Assembly: GCA_965223795.1 (NCBI GenBank) | Contig: CBDCXL010000002.1 | Location: 1,056,001-1,120,000 of the forward strand | Direction of reading: 5' to 3' | Source: Nitrospinales bacterium | GTDB lineage: Bacteria > Nitrospinota > Nitrospinia > Nitrospinales > VA-1 | Length of the DNA: 64,000 nucleotides | Part shown: positions 28,766 through 40,536 of the stretch, one piece after another | Layout of the letters: every line of letters starts with the position of its first letter | How positions within the stretch are numbered: the first letter of the stretch is position 1 | Program-made: the position numbers and the translations under genes | Notes under the pieces: model-generated | What the model was told of the DNA's origin: nothing | The model's input: the letters and a program-made list of their open reading frames with translations, nothing else | Database searches by the model: none

Positions 28766-29149
28766 TCAGCGGGTTTTGGCGGGCGGCGTTTTGAGGCTGC
28801 GGCGGATGGCTTTCCATTCCTTGTCGGCGGCGCGCAGCGCCGCCGTTTCCATGTCGCGGTACAGGCGGGCCATGCGCACGCCCAGCGGCGTGAGGCGCGC
28901 GCCGCCGCCGCCTTTGCCGCCGGCGGCGCCTTCGACCAGGGGCTGCTTGAAGCAGCGGTTCATGGTGTCCACCATGTCCCAGGCGCGTTTGTAACTCATG
29001 CGGATGTCGCGGGCGGCTTTCGAGATCGAGCCGTTGCGCTCGATGGCTTCGAGCAGATCGATCTTTCCGGGACCGAGGGCGATTTCGTCTCCGGCCAGGA
29101 TGCGGATGCGGGGCTTGATGCCGGTGGCGGATTTCGCGGATTTGCGCAT
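28766..29149 (-). CDS. modE: ModE-family winged-helix protein (no molybdate-binding domain)
   Basis: GPGKIDLLEAIERNGSISKAARDIRMSYKRAW, GGKGGGGARLT. Confidence 0.88.
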   Translation of the reverse strand: MRKSAKSATGIKPRIRILAGDEIALGPGKIDLLEAIERNGSISKAARDIRMSYKRAWDMVDTMNRCFKQPLVEGAAGGKGGGGARLTPLGVRMARLYRDMETAALRAADKEWKAIRRSLKTPPAKTR

Positions 29150-29169
29150 GACGGGTCCTGGGGCGCCGT

Positions 29170-30024
29170 TCAGCGGGACGTGCGGGCGATCGCCAGCACG
29201 TTGGGAACGGGCCAGGCCAGCACGTTGTCGTCGCTCTCGTACGATCCTGAGGAATAGCTGCCGACGAATTCGAATTCCCGGCTGCCGGACTGAATGAACA
29301 ACTGGGCGTCCTTGCCGCCTTCGACGTACATGGCACGCTTGAGCTTCAGCGGCAGGCGCAGCAGGATGTTGATGAGATCGTGCGTCGAGTAGGGCGAGCG
29401 GGAATGGATGAACAGAAACCGCTCGTTCGCATCCATGCCGATGGCGGCGGTGCTCCAGATTTTTTCCTGCGGCGCCCACACGTTTTTCCCACGGCAGGAC
29501 AGCATGCGGATGCTCTGGATGAGGGAACGGTACTGCCTGCGGATGCGGTCGAAATCCTCGCAGTCGCGGTCGAAGATGCGCGCCGCGGGCAGGGAATGCT
29601 CTTTCGGATCGAACGCGAGCATGGTCTTGTCTTTCGACAGCCAGGAGCTGTTGACGTGGTTGCCGGTGCGCATGTAGGAAACGCTGGTTTTGTTGTCCCT
29701 CTGATACATGCTGGCGTTGATGCCCGCCACCAGGCCGTGGTTTTTCACCCACTCGCGCACGGACCGGCGCTGCGCCGGGTTCTGGGCGGAGGCGTTCAGC
29801 AGGCGGAAGTGAAAATGGCGGGTGTCGATGCGCAGCACCCGGATCAACGAGTCGCCCACCGGCGACTTCTGCGGAGAGCGGAACGCCGCCAGTTCCAGGC
29901 CGGGTTCCAGCGTCCTCCAGGGTCCCGGGGGTTTGGACGCGGCGCCGCCGCTCAAAACGACACCGGCGGCGAGCAGGATGAGCGCCAGGAATCCGAAGGC
30001 AATGCGGGGTGCGGTCTGGGCCAA
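29170..30024 (-). CDS. Phosphodiester glycosidase (NAGPA-like) family secreted protein
   Basis: N-terminal TM/signal, WRTLEPGLE, GINASMY, TAAIG, AMYVEGG, VPNVL; start uncertain. Confidence 0.75.
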   Translation of the reverse strand: MAQTAPRIAFGFLALILLAAGVVLSGGAASKPPGPWRTLEPGLELAAFRSPQKSPVGDSLIRVLRIDTRHFHFRLLNASAQNPAQRRSVREWVKNHGLVAGINASMYQRDNKTSVSYMRTGNHVNSSWLSKDKTMLAFDPKEHSLPAARIFDRDCEDFDRIRRQYRSLIQSIRMLSCRGKNVWAPQEKIWSTAAIGMDANERFLFIHSRSPYSTHDLINILLRLPLKLKRAMYVEGGKDAQLFIQSGSREFEFVGSYSSGSYESDDNVLAWPVPNVLAIARTSR

Positions 30025-30599
30025 GGAGCGTCCTTTAAAAAGGGGCCGGAAACTCAAACCCGTATTTGCAGGCTTTGCTCTGATCCCGCGTTCACCGGAG
30101 CGGAACGGCAAACGGGGAAGGACGGACAGGCGTCGCCTATGTCCCTGAAATCAATAAAAAAACGTATCATTTCTGCCGCGGCATTTCAACACTCAAACCG
30201 GCGGAGCTTCCACCTCACCTGAATGGTTTGCATTTTTGGTCCGTTGAAGCGCATTCTTTTTTGCTGCACCGAAAACAGGTGCCGCAGCCGGTGGCCATGA
30301 ACAACGCCCTGTACGCTCCTGTTTCCGATTGAGGCGGCAGCGCTTTTGATGTTTGTTCGCACCCTTGGGCCAAGAAAAGGAAACGTTTGTTTTTTAGGGC
30401 GTCGCAGGACTTTTTTTTTCCGCACGCATTGATTTTACCGGCGTTTTGTTCCATAATACCGGCGGTTGTCAATCCGATTAAGTGATTTAAGACAAACGAT
30501 TTCAGCCTTGCGGAGTCAAGGAGCCCCGGCCGGGGATAAAGCGTCCCGGTTCCGGGCGGCGATGAGAAGGACCCGGGTATCTTTAAAAAAGGAGTGATT

Positions 30600-30791
30600 A
30601 TGAAAAAGTCAGCGCAAATTTTCATGTTGGTGGCGGTTCTCTTTTCCTTCGGCTGTGCCCAGATGCAGGGTGGCGGAGCCTCGACGGCGGGCGGCGGGTC
30701 CAGCGCACCGGCCAAAAAATCGGGCGGCAAGCAGTTGACCGATGAAGACTTGAAACGCATGGGGATCCAAGAAACCGCAGGCAGCAACTGA
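30600..30791 (+). CDS. Small lipoprotein (63 aa)
   Basis: AAGGAG RBS; signal peptide II with lipobox FSFG-C. Confidence 0.8.
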   Translation: MKKSAQIFMLVAVLFSFGCAQMQGGGASTAGGGSSAPAKKSGGKQLTDEDLKRMGIQETAGSN

Positions 30792-31056
30792 TCGCTGAAT
30801 CTCCCTTCTCCCCTTTCCATTCGCTCTATCCCGGAAACACTGCGGAGAAGACCTTTGGCTCCTCGTTGCCCAGGGCGGGGCTGACTCCGGCTCAGTTCAA
30901 CAAACGGTTGATTTTCAAGTTGATTTTCTCGAAACGAAGGGGCCCAGGAGGCGCATCTCCTGTTTGAAGACCGAGACGCGCCGCTCTCAGAATGGGCTGT
31001 TTCCCGGGATTTTCGTGCGGGCCCCCCGCGAAATCGATCCGCACACTCGCGTTTCC

Positions 31057-31096
31057 AAAAATCCATCCCTTTTTTTAGGGATGGATTTTGTTTTTT
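31057..31096 (+). terminator. Intrinsic terminator-like hairpin
   Basis: AAAATCCATCCCT-T6-AGGGATGGATTTT followed by GTTTTTT. Confidence 0.6.
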
Positions 31097-31157
31097 GCGC
31101 TTTATACAATGATCCCCTTTTTTCAACCGTTGGGAAACCGGCTACGATCGAGTCACC

Positions 31158-32090
31158 ATGAACGCGTCCCCGCTGACCTCGGGTCCGGTCTTTTCGACCG
31201 ACAACCTGACCAATCTGTTCCACCTCAATGAGCTGTACCGCAACCTCGCCGCGGACGTTTCGCAGCGGCTGTCCGAGGTGCATCCGTTCGACACGCCCAT
31301 CACGTCCGGGATCTGGGGCGGCACCTACCTCATCGCCGATCCCACAGGAAAATCCCGGCGCCGGATCTGGCGGCTGTACTGCATCGCCAACCTTCCGCAA
31401 AACAGTCCGCTGGATGAGCACTCGAACCTGGAGCGGATGGTCAGCTTTTACTGCGACGGGTTCACCGCCGCTCTCAAGCCGTACGGCCTGAAACTCAAGC
31501 TGAAAATGTGGGGCGGACGGCTGCCCTACAGCTGCACGCAAAAACCCAGCATCACCATGCACCTTGAGGATGCCAGCGAAACCGTGCGCTGGCTCCGGGT
31601 GTTTTTCGTCTGGAACCACGTGCCCTGGGAACAGTCCATCATCTACGACACGGTGCGCATCCTGAAAGAGTACAAGGAATTTTTCGACCTGAAGCGGGGT
31701 CCCGTTGTGAAATCGGCGCAGGAGCTGAAGTACCTCCTGCAGGACATCATCATCATTTACCGCACGCTGGAAGAAGCCTGCTCGGAGGATTTCAAAGAAC
31801 ACGCCGATCCCATCATCGAGGATCTGATGAGCCATTTCATGAAGGGACTGAACGACCCTGTCACGATCCAGAGCCTGTATCTCAAGGTGTTCGACAACGC
31901 CCTCATCTACGGTTACCAAGAGGCGCTGGCCGGCCCCTATTCCAAAGACGGCCTGGACATTCAAAAGATCGAATCCTGGCCGGTCGAAAAGATCAACTGG
32001 GTTCCCGATGCACTCAAGGAAAAACTCATCCCTCCCATTGAAAAACGGTTCGCCGGGTTCAAACACCAGCTCGAAATCAGCCGGGAATGA
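31158..32090 (+). CDS. Hypothetical cytoplasmic protein (310 aa)
   Basis: Long ORF with typical codon bias and globular composition; no family recognised. Confidence 0.8.
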   Translation: MNASPLTSGPVFSTDNLTNLFHLNELYRNLAADVSQRLSEVHPFDTPITSGIWGGTYLIADPTGKSRRRIWRLYCIANLPQNSPLDEHSNLERMVSFYCDGFTAALKPYGLKLKLKMWGGRLPYSCTQKPSITMHLEDASETVRWLRVFFVWNHVPWEQSIIYDTVRILKEYKEFFDLKRGPVVKSAQELKYLLQDIIIIYRTLEEACSEDFKEHADPIIEDLMSHFMKGLNDPVTIQSLYLKVFDNALIYGYQEALAGPYSKDGLDIQKIESWPVEKINWVPDALKEKLIPPIEKRFAGFKHQLEISRE

Positions 32091-32112
32091 CCGTTCTCCT
32101 CTGCGCCACGCC

Positions 32113-32643
32113 ATGCAGATAAAAATCCTACTGACGCTCTGGCTCATCCTGGCTGCCGCCGCACCGGGGTTCGCGCAAGATGCCGCGGTCGAGAGCCACC
32201 AGGGACAAACGCTTTACCTCAAGGACATCCGCGGCGGCTACTTTCAGCCTTCATCGCAGGGCAGTAAGAACAAGATCGGCGAGGATTCGGCGGGCAACCC
32301 CATTTACAGAAACCGCGCGCAGTCCTACAATTTTTTCCGCACCGATTCGATTCCGCTGCGCATCGGCGATCTGTTCGGCTTTCAATTCATCCTGCCGGAG
32401 ATGGAGGATGGGGACTTCATCGAGATCGAGGGGATCGTGCAGTTTCCCGCGCCGGTGACGGCGGGAGGTCAAACTCTCACGAGCACGCAATGGAAAACCC
32501 GCTACGCGCCGCAGTTCGGGCGGGTCATCAGCGCCTGGGAATTCCGCCAGGAGACGCCCGCCTACCACATGAAAGGGCGCTGGATCTTCAGCCTCTACAA
32601 CCGCGGGCGGCTGATCGTGTCGCAGTCTTTCTTCGTCAAATGA
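32113..32643 (+). CDS. Secreted DUF3859-like protein
   Basis: Signal peptide (AAAPGFA); TDSIPLRIGDLFGFQF...GRWIFSLY...SQSFFV. Confidence 0.65.
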   Translation: MQIKILLTLWLILAAAAPGFAQDAAVESHQGQTLYLKDIRGGYFQPSSQGSKNKIGEDSAGNPIYRNRAQSYNFFRTDSIPLRIGDLFGFQFILPEMEDGDFIEIEGIVQFPAPVTAGGQTLTSTQWKTRYAPQFGRVISAWEFRQETPAYHMKGRWIFSLYNRGRLIVSQSFFVK

Positions 32644-32666
32644 ACCTATGCCGGTGAACGCGGCGC

Positions 32667-33371
32667 TCAGTCCGCCGCAGGCAGCAGGGCGACCATCTGC
32701 GCCAGGCTGTCGAGGATGAGGTCGGCGCCGGAAAAATCGATGTGCGCGTTCAGGCGGTTGCGGATGATGATGCAGCGCATGCCCGCCCCGGCCGCGGCGT
32801 TGAGCCCTTTCAAGGCGTCCTCCAGCACGATGCAGGATGCGGGCGGGCAGCCCAGCGCTTCGGCGGCCTTTTGAAAGATGTCCGGGTGCGGCTTTTCCCG
32901 CGGCGCGGATTCCTTTCCCAGGATGACCGGGAAATGCGCCAGCGCACCGGCGTTTTCCAGGATGGCGCGGATGTCGTGCCGCCAGGACCCCGAGGCGATG
33001 GCCAGTTTGTGGCGGTCCTCGAGGGCGCGCACCAGGGACAGCGTTTCGGGGAACAGGCGGATCGATCCGTCCTGACAATACCGCGAATACACTTCGAATT
33101 TCTGCCGGCGCAGTTCCGCGGGATCGACCGCGAGCTTGAGGTCGTGCCGTTCGATCTCGCCGGCGATGCCTTTGCCCTTCGACGTCCACTCCACCCAGTA
33201 TTCCTCAGGATCCAGAGTGTGCCCGTAGCGTTCGAACACTTCGTTGTAGGCTTTGTAGTGATACGGCTCGGAATCGGCCAGCAGGCCGTCGAAATCCAGC
33301 AGGACCGCCTGGCTGCCGTCGAGCAGGGCCTTGAGCTTCTTTGCAGGCGCGGCGCTGTCGGTGGACGTCAT
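32667..33371 (-). CDS. HAD family phosphatase (beta-PGM-like)
   Basis: LDFDGLLADSE, IASGS, KPHPDIF, LEDALKG. Confidence 0.92.
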   Translation of the reverse strand: MTSTDSAAPAKKLKALLDGSQAVLLDFDGLLADSEPYHYKAYNEVFERYGHTLDPEEYWVEWTSKGKGIAGEIERHDLKLAVDPAELRRQKFEVYSRYCQDGSIRLFPETLSLVRALEDRHKLAIASGSWRHDIRAILENAGALAHFPVILGKESAPREKPHPDIFQKAAEALGCPPASCIVLEDALKGLNAAAGAGMRCIIIRNRLNAHIDFSGADLILDSLAQMVALLPAAD

Positions 33372-33392
33372 GGAGCGTGGGTGGGATGAACT

Positions 33393-34057
33393 TTATTCCA
33401 GGATGTTGCCGAAACGTTCGAAGCGCACCCAGCTTTCCTCGGTGTTCCAGGACCAGTAGATCATCAGCGCCTTGCCCTTGATGAGATTGAAATCGAGGAA
33501 GCCCCAGGCGCGGCTGTCCTGCGAGTTTTCGCGGTTGTCTCCCATGACGAACAGGTGTCCGTCGGGGACGATCAGCGGCCCGCGGTTGTCGCGCTCGCTG
33601 TCCGGGTCCGGCAGCTCGGTGTGAAAGGCCTTGGTGTCTTCGTAGGGCTTGTCGTTGATGTACACCTTCTGGTTCTTGATCTGCAAGCTTGTCCCCCGGC
33701 AGCCCGATGACCCGCTTGATGAAATCGCGCGTTTCGTCTTTGGGGAATTTGAACACGATGATGTCGCCCCGTTCGGGCATCTCGTCGAACAGGATGATGT
33801 CGCGGAACAGCTTGACGTTGATAAAGGGAATCTCGTTGGGGATGTGGATGCCGTAGGCGAACTTGGAGACCAGGATGTGATCGCCGATGAGCAGCGTCGG
33901 CTTCATGGAACCGGACGGGATCTTGAACGCCTGCAGGATGAAGGTGCGGATGAACAGGGCGAGCAGCAGGGCGATGACGATCGCCTCGGCGTACTCCCTG
34001 AATACGCTCTTGGTTTTTTTCTCGACCGCGGGTTCGGAGACCGTGTCCAGTTCCTTG

Positions 34058-34068
<11 letters not shown>
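33393..34068 (-). CDS. lepB: Signal peptidase I with a +1 frameshift near 33685 (224 aa if corrected)
   Basis: IPSGSM and [11 protein letters not shown] in one frame; [11 protein letters not shown] and [12 protein letters not shown] in another; directly downstream of lepA. Confidence 0.9.
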
Positions 34069-35860
<1,792 letters not shown>

Positions 35861-36001
35861 CAAAGGATGGTTACCCAAGAAATGGAATTCGATTGATCAA
35901 AGCAAACGGCAGCGGGCAGGGATCGGCCGTTTCCGGCCCGCGCTCCGCTTTGCGGATTCTGAATTTATGAGGAGAGCTGCGAGACCCCTCCGCCCCCGCG
36001 C

Positions 36002-36997
36002 TCACCGGGATAAAGAGAAGGGAGAGTTTTCTGGATGGCTCAGGTATTCCCGCCATTCGTCGAACCGGATTTTCATGGCTTCGTAATCCCTGTCGTTGTC
36101 GATGTCCAGGGCGGCGCCGGGAAACGGGACCTCCAGCCCCATGAAGCGCGTGTTCAGGATGGTCGAAATGCAGCGCTCGAGATCCTTTTTCGGCGTCATC
36201 CTGCGGAACAGGCGCACCAGGGACTCCATGCCCAGGCTGGCGAAAAACAGGCACAGCTGCAGACCGAGGTAATACTGGTAATGCTTGATCTTGTCCTTGC
36301 CGAACAGCGACAACCCGAACAGGACCAGGTTTTTGAAATTCCGCTGGTACCGGTACTGATACATCTTCTGAATGTACTGCCGGTTGGCGATGCGAACGGG
36401 CTTGACCAGATGCAGGTTGTTGATGCGGAAACTGTTTTCCTTCAAATGCAGGTACGCCATTTTGATCCCGGGCTTGCCGTCTTCAGGATAAAAAGGTTCC
36501 AGGTTCCGGCGCGAGGTCAGCCCGAGAATGTGATCGTAATTTTCAACGTCGCAATGGGTGATGAAGTGCTCCACTTCGTGCGTGGTGAGCAGCGGAGAGT
36601 CGCAGGGCACGATGAGCACGGCCTTGTCGCCGAGCGGCGAGTTCTCCAGCTCATCGGCGGCGGCCTCTTGCGGAAGGGTCTTTAAGAACGTGTGCCAGAT
36701 GTTTTCATACAGGTTGTTTTTCTGCTCGACCAGATGAATGCGCTTGGGAAATTTCAAATCGGTCTTCGCCTCTTTGAGCGTCTCCGAAAGACGGTCGACC
36801 GAACCGACGATGTAAATGTCCGCGATGGAGTGAACCTTTTGCAGGGCTTCCAGAACATAGGTGATGATGCAGCGGCCGTTGATTTTAAGGAAGGCCTTGT
36901 GCTGATGGTATACCTTGTAACTGGACTCTCCCTGTCCCGCGACGAGAATCGTATCGAATTGTTTCGGGGTGCGTATCAGGTTCATGACGGTTTCCAA
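36002..36997 (-). CDS. MobA-like NTP transferase (GT-A) family protein
   Basis: ILVAGQG...HKAFLKING, VPCDSPLL, LDIDNDRDY. Confidence 0.78.
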   Translation of the reverse strand: METVMNLIRTPKQFDTILVAGQGESSYKVYHQHKAFLKINGRCIITYVLEALQKVHSIADIYIVGSVDRLSETLKEAKTDLKFPKRIHLVEQKNNLYENIWHTFLKTLPQEAAADELENSPLGDKAVLIVPCDSPLLTTHEVEHFITHCDVENYDHILGLTSRRNLEPFYPEDGKPGIKMAYLHLKENSFRINNLHLVKPVRIANRQYIQKMYQYRYQRNFKNLVLFGLSLFGKDKIKHYQYYLGLQLCLFFASLGMESLVRLFRRMTPKKDLERCISTILNTRFMGLEVPFPGAALDIDNDRDYEAMKIRFDEWREYLSHPENSPFSLSR

Positions 36998-37154
36998 AGG
37001 ACTCTCTCCGGGTGGTGCGGCCGTTTCCGGCCCTGCCGGCCGTCCATCCCGGGCTCCGCGGTATTCCGGTTTTCCCCCTTGAACTCCCTGGGGAATTTCG
37101 TTATACCAAACTCCAACATTTCACTTAACGTTCAGGATAGCAGATTCCCCGATC

Positions 37155-38273
37155 ATGTCTCAACCACCTTCCGCACCCCTGAAAACCACGCCGTTCGCCG
37201 AGCTGCACCGCAGGCTGGGGGCGCGGATGGTGCCGTTCGCCGGGTGGAACATGCCCATCCAGTTCGCCGGCGTGATCGAGGAGCACCGCTGCGTCCGCGA
37301 GCACGCGGGGCTGTTCGACGTCAGCCACATGGGCGAAATCGAAATCCGCGGAAAAGACGCCGGTTCCCTGCTGCAGCGGCTGGTCACCAACGACGTGGAA
37401 TCCCTCGAGGACGGGGCCATCCTCTACACGGTCATGTGCTACGAGAACGGCGGCGTGGTGGACGATCTGCTGGTCCACCGGTTCCGGGAGGACCACTATT
37501 TTCTCTGCGTCAACGCCGCCAACACGGACAAGGATTTCGACTGGATCCAAAACACCGCCCGCGACTTTCAGGCCGAGACCGAAAACATCAGCGACCGGAT
37601 CGCGCAGCTGGCCGTTCAAGGCCCCCAATCCGTAGCCCTTTTGCAAACGCTTAGCAGCCTGCCTTTGGACGGGGTCCGATATTACCACTTTGAAAAAGGC
37701 AAAATCCACAATTATGATTGCATGATCTCCCGCACCGGCTACACGGGGGAAGACGGTTTCGAGCTGTACACGGACGCGGACGGGGCGCAGGGCCTGGCCG
37801 AGGCGATTCTGCAGGCGGGAAAACCGTTCGGGATCCAGCCGGTCGGCCTGGGCGCGCGCGACACGCTGCGCCTGGAAATGGGCTACGCGCTGTACGGCAA
37901 CGACATCACCGCCGAAACCACGCCGCTGGAGGCGGGGCTGGGCTGGGTGGTCAAATTGAAAAAGGGGCCGTTCACGGGTCATGCGGCGCTGGTCCAACAG
38001 AAGCAGGAAGGGATCGAAAAAAAGCTCGTCGGCTTCAAACTGCTTGAGCGGGGCGTGCCGCGGCCGCATTATAAGGTGTTGAAAGATGGCAAGCTGGTGG
38101 GAGAAGTGACGAGCGGCACCTTTTCGCCTTCCTTGAATGTGGGGATCGGATTGTGCTATGTATCGAAGGAACACTCTGAAGTCGGTTCCCGCCTGGACAT
38201 CGAAATCAGAAATCAGCGCACACCCGCGGAAATCGTCAAACCGCCGTTCGTCCCCAGCCGTGTGAAAAAATGA
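37155..38273 (+). CDS. gcvT: Glycine cleavage system T protein
   Basis: FAGWNMP, GLFDVSHMG, SRTGYTGEDGFE, GLGARDTLRLE. Confidence 0.97.
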   Translation: MSQPPSAPLKTTPFAELHRRLGARMVPFAGWNMPIQFAGVIEEHRCVREHAGLFDVSHMGEIEIRGKDAGSLLQRLVTNDVESLEDGAILYTVMCYENGGVVDDLLVHRFREDHYFLCVNAANTDKDFDWIQNTARDFQAETENISDRIAQLAVQGPQSVALLQTLSSLPLDGVRYYHFEKGKIHNYDCMISRTGYTGEDGFELYTDADGAQGLAEAILQAGKPFGIQPVGLGARDTLRLEMGYALYGNDITAETTPLEAGLGWVVKLKKGPFTGHAALVQQKQEGIEKKLVGFKLLERGVPRPHYKVLKDGKLVGEVTSGTFSPSLNVGIGLCYVSKEHSEVGSRLDIEIRNQRTPAEIVKPPFVPSRVKK

Positions 38274-38394
38274 CCGATTCCCGCCGCGGTCACGGCCGCG
38301 GGGCGGCCTGAGACGGAACGCGGACCGAATCGAACGGGTTCGCGGCTGCGGGTCGTTGCTTTAATTCATAAACATCGTTTGAGTGGGAGGCATC

Positions 38395-38781
38395 ATGGAG
38401 GTCCCGAAAGAGCTTCGCTACACGAGGGAGCACGAATGGCTGCGTCTGGACGGCAAGACGGCCGTGATCGGCATCACGGATTTCGCGCAGGAACAACTGG
38501 GCGACGTGGTGTTCGTGGAAATGCCCAAGGTGGGCGACACCGTGACGCAGGAGAAGACCTTCGGCGTGGTGGAATCGGTCAAGACGGTGTCGGACCTCTA
38601 CGCACCGGCCAGCGGCACGGTCGCAAAGATCAACGAGAACCTGGAATCGCAGCCGGAGCTGGTCAACAGCGAGCCGTACAAACAGGGGTGGATCCTGGAG
38701 ATCGAACTTTCCGACCCGAAGCAAGTCGATGCGCTGCTGACGCCGGAGCAGTACGCCGAGCAGTGCGAAAATGAACAATAA
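38395..38781 (+). CDS. gcvH: Glycine cleavage system H protein
   Basis: YTREHEW, GITDFAQEQLGD, lipoyl VESVKTVS; GGAGG RBS. Confidence 0.97.
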   Translation: MEVPKELRYTREHEWLRLDGKTAVIGITDFAQEQLGDVVFVEMPKVGDTVTQEKTFGVVESVKTVSDLYAPASGTVAKINENLESQPELVNSEPYKQGWILEIELSDPKQVDALLTPEQYAEQCENEQ

Positions 38782-38805
38782 TCCCCGCCGCTGATTTTTT
38801 TCCGC

Positions 38806-40152
38806 ATGCGCTACATCCCGCACACAGAGCAGGACATCCGCGAAATGCTCGCCGCCATCGGCGTCGACGACATCGACGCACTGTTCGCAAGCATCCCTGA
38901 GGAACTGCGCCTGGGGGACACGCCGCTGGCGCTGCCGCGCACCCTTTCCGAATCCGAGCTGGTTGCCCTGCTGGCGCGCACCCAGAAACGCAATCCCGAT
39001 CCGGAAGCAACGTCGGTGTTCCTGGGTGCGGGCGCCTACCGGCATTTCAGCCCGGCGCTGGTCGGCGCGCTTGTGTCGCGCGGGGAATTCGCCACCAGCT
39101 ACACGCCTTATCAGCCGGAGGTGAGCCAGGGCACGCTGCAGGCGATCTTCGAATTTCAAACGCTGATCGCCATGCTCACCGGCATGGAGATCGCCAACGC
39201 GTCGATGTACGACGGCGCCTCCGCACTGGCCGAAGCGGTGGTGATGTCGCACCGGTTGAACAACAAACCGAAAATCCTCATGTCGCAGGCGGTGCACCCG
39301 GAATACCGGCAGGTGGTGGCCACCTACACGCGGGGAACGGAAATCGAGATCGTTGACATCCCCTTCGACGCCGCGGGAAAAACCGATCTTTCGCAAATCG
39401 CGGCGCTGAGCGGAGACAAGGCGGGCGCGGTGGTGCTGCAGAGCCCGAACTTTTTCGGCGTCATCGAAGAATACGCCTCATTGGGCGAAACGCTCAAGGC
39501 GCAGGGCGCGCATCTGATCGTCGCCGTCGCCGAGGCGCTGTCGCTCGGCATCCTGAAACCGCCGGGCGTCCGCGGCGCCGACATCGTCGTGGGCGAAGGG
39601 CAGTCCTTCGGGCTGCCGGTTTCGTTCGGCGGCCCTTATGTGGGTTTTTTCGCGACGCGCGACCGCTTTCTCCGGCACACGCCGGGGCGGCTGGTCGGGG
39701 AAACGGCAGATCAGGCGGGACGGCGGGCGTACGTGCTGACGCTGTCCACGCGCGAGCAGCACATCCGGCGCGAACGGGCGACTTCCAACATCTGCACCAA
39801 CCAGGGCCTGTGCGCCCTGGCGGCGACGGTGTTCCTCGCCACACTGGGCAAAGAAGGCATGCGCGAGATCGCCCTGCTCAACGTGCGCAAGGCCGACTAC
39901 CTGAAAAACCGGCTGCGCAAGGTGAAGGGCTTCAGCATCCGCTTTTCCGGCGACACGTTCAACGAATTCGTGCTCGACTGCCCGGTCCCGGCCGAAGACA
40001 TTCAAGCGGCCCTGATCGAGGAACACATCCTCGCCGGTTATCCTCTCAAGACGCATTACCCGGACCTCGTGAACAGCCTGCTGTTGTGCGCCACGGAACT
40101 CAACACCCAGGAAGAGATGGACCGCTTCGCGGAAAAACTGGAAGCGCTCTGA
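38806..40152 (+). CDS. gcvPA: Glycine dehydrogenase subunit 1
   Basis: YTPYQPEVSQG, ANASMYDGA, FGGP, REQHIRRERATSNICTNQ. Confidence 0.97.
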   Translation: MRYIPHTEQDIREMLAAIGVDDIDALFASIPEELRLGDTPLALPRTLSESELVALLARTQKRNPDPEATSVFLGAGAYRHFSPALVGALVSRGEFATSYTPYQPEVSQGTLQAIFEFQTLIAMLTGMEIANASMYDGASALAEAVVMSHRLNNKPKILMSQAVHPEYRQVVATYTRGTEIEIVDIPFDAAGKTDLSQIAALSGDKAGAVVLQSPNFFGVIEEYASLGETLKAQGAHLIVAVAEALSLGILKPPGVRGADIVVGEGQSFGLPVSFGGPYVGFFATRDRFLRHTPGRLVGETADQAGRRAYVLTLSTREQHIRRERATSNICTNQGLCALAATVFLATLGKEGMREIALLNVRKADYLKNRLRKVKGFSIRFSGDTFNEFVLDCPVPAEDIQAALIEEHILAGYPLKTHYPDLVNSLLLCATELNTQEEMDRFAEKLEAL

Positions 40153-40232
40153 CCTTTCTCTCTCCTAATTTTTTTATCCCGCAATCCCCAAAGATTTGAC
40201 CGCATACTCTCAAACGGAACGACACCGCTTCC

Positions 40233-40248
40233 TGTGATTTTTCTCACA
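40233..40248. promoter_or_regulatory. CRP-family binding site
   Basis: Perfect TGTGA-N6-TCACA in an intergenic region. Confidence 0.55.
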
Positions 40249-40536
40249 ACGGCCCGTCCGTTCGATCGCAAAGAACGGGTGAGAAAATACGGGCTAAAAT
40301 TTAATTAAACAGTCGCGCGCAAATAGAAGGTCCGCCTGTTCCGGACCGCTCTCCGGCGTGATCCCCGTTCGTGCGGGAAACCCCGGTGGACAGAAAAAGA
40401 TTATAAAAAATTGGCCCAATCGGTAAAATGAGAATCACGCATCCAATGGGGATTCCCGCAGCCGGGCACGGAGGTGAGTGCCGGGATAAAAACGCAAACG
40501 CTTTTGCAAACGCGATCATACGGTGGAGACGATGTC

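Noticed and set aside
30887..30899. IS3-like terminal sequence CCGGCTCAGTTCA
   Set aside because: Single short match with no partner inverted repeat, target duplication or transposase remnant
36998..37154. Glycine riboswitch upstream of gcvT
   Set aside because: No GGAGA...CCGAAG...CTCTCAGG aptamer motifs visible
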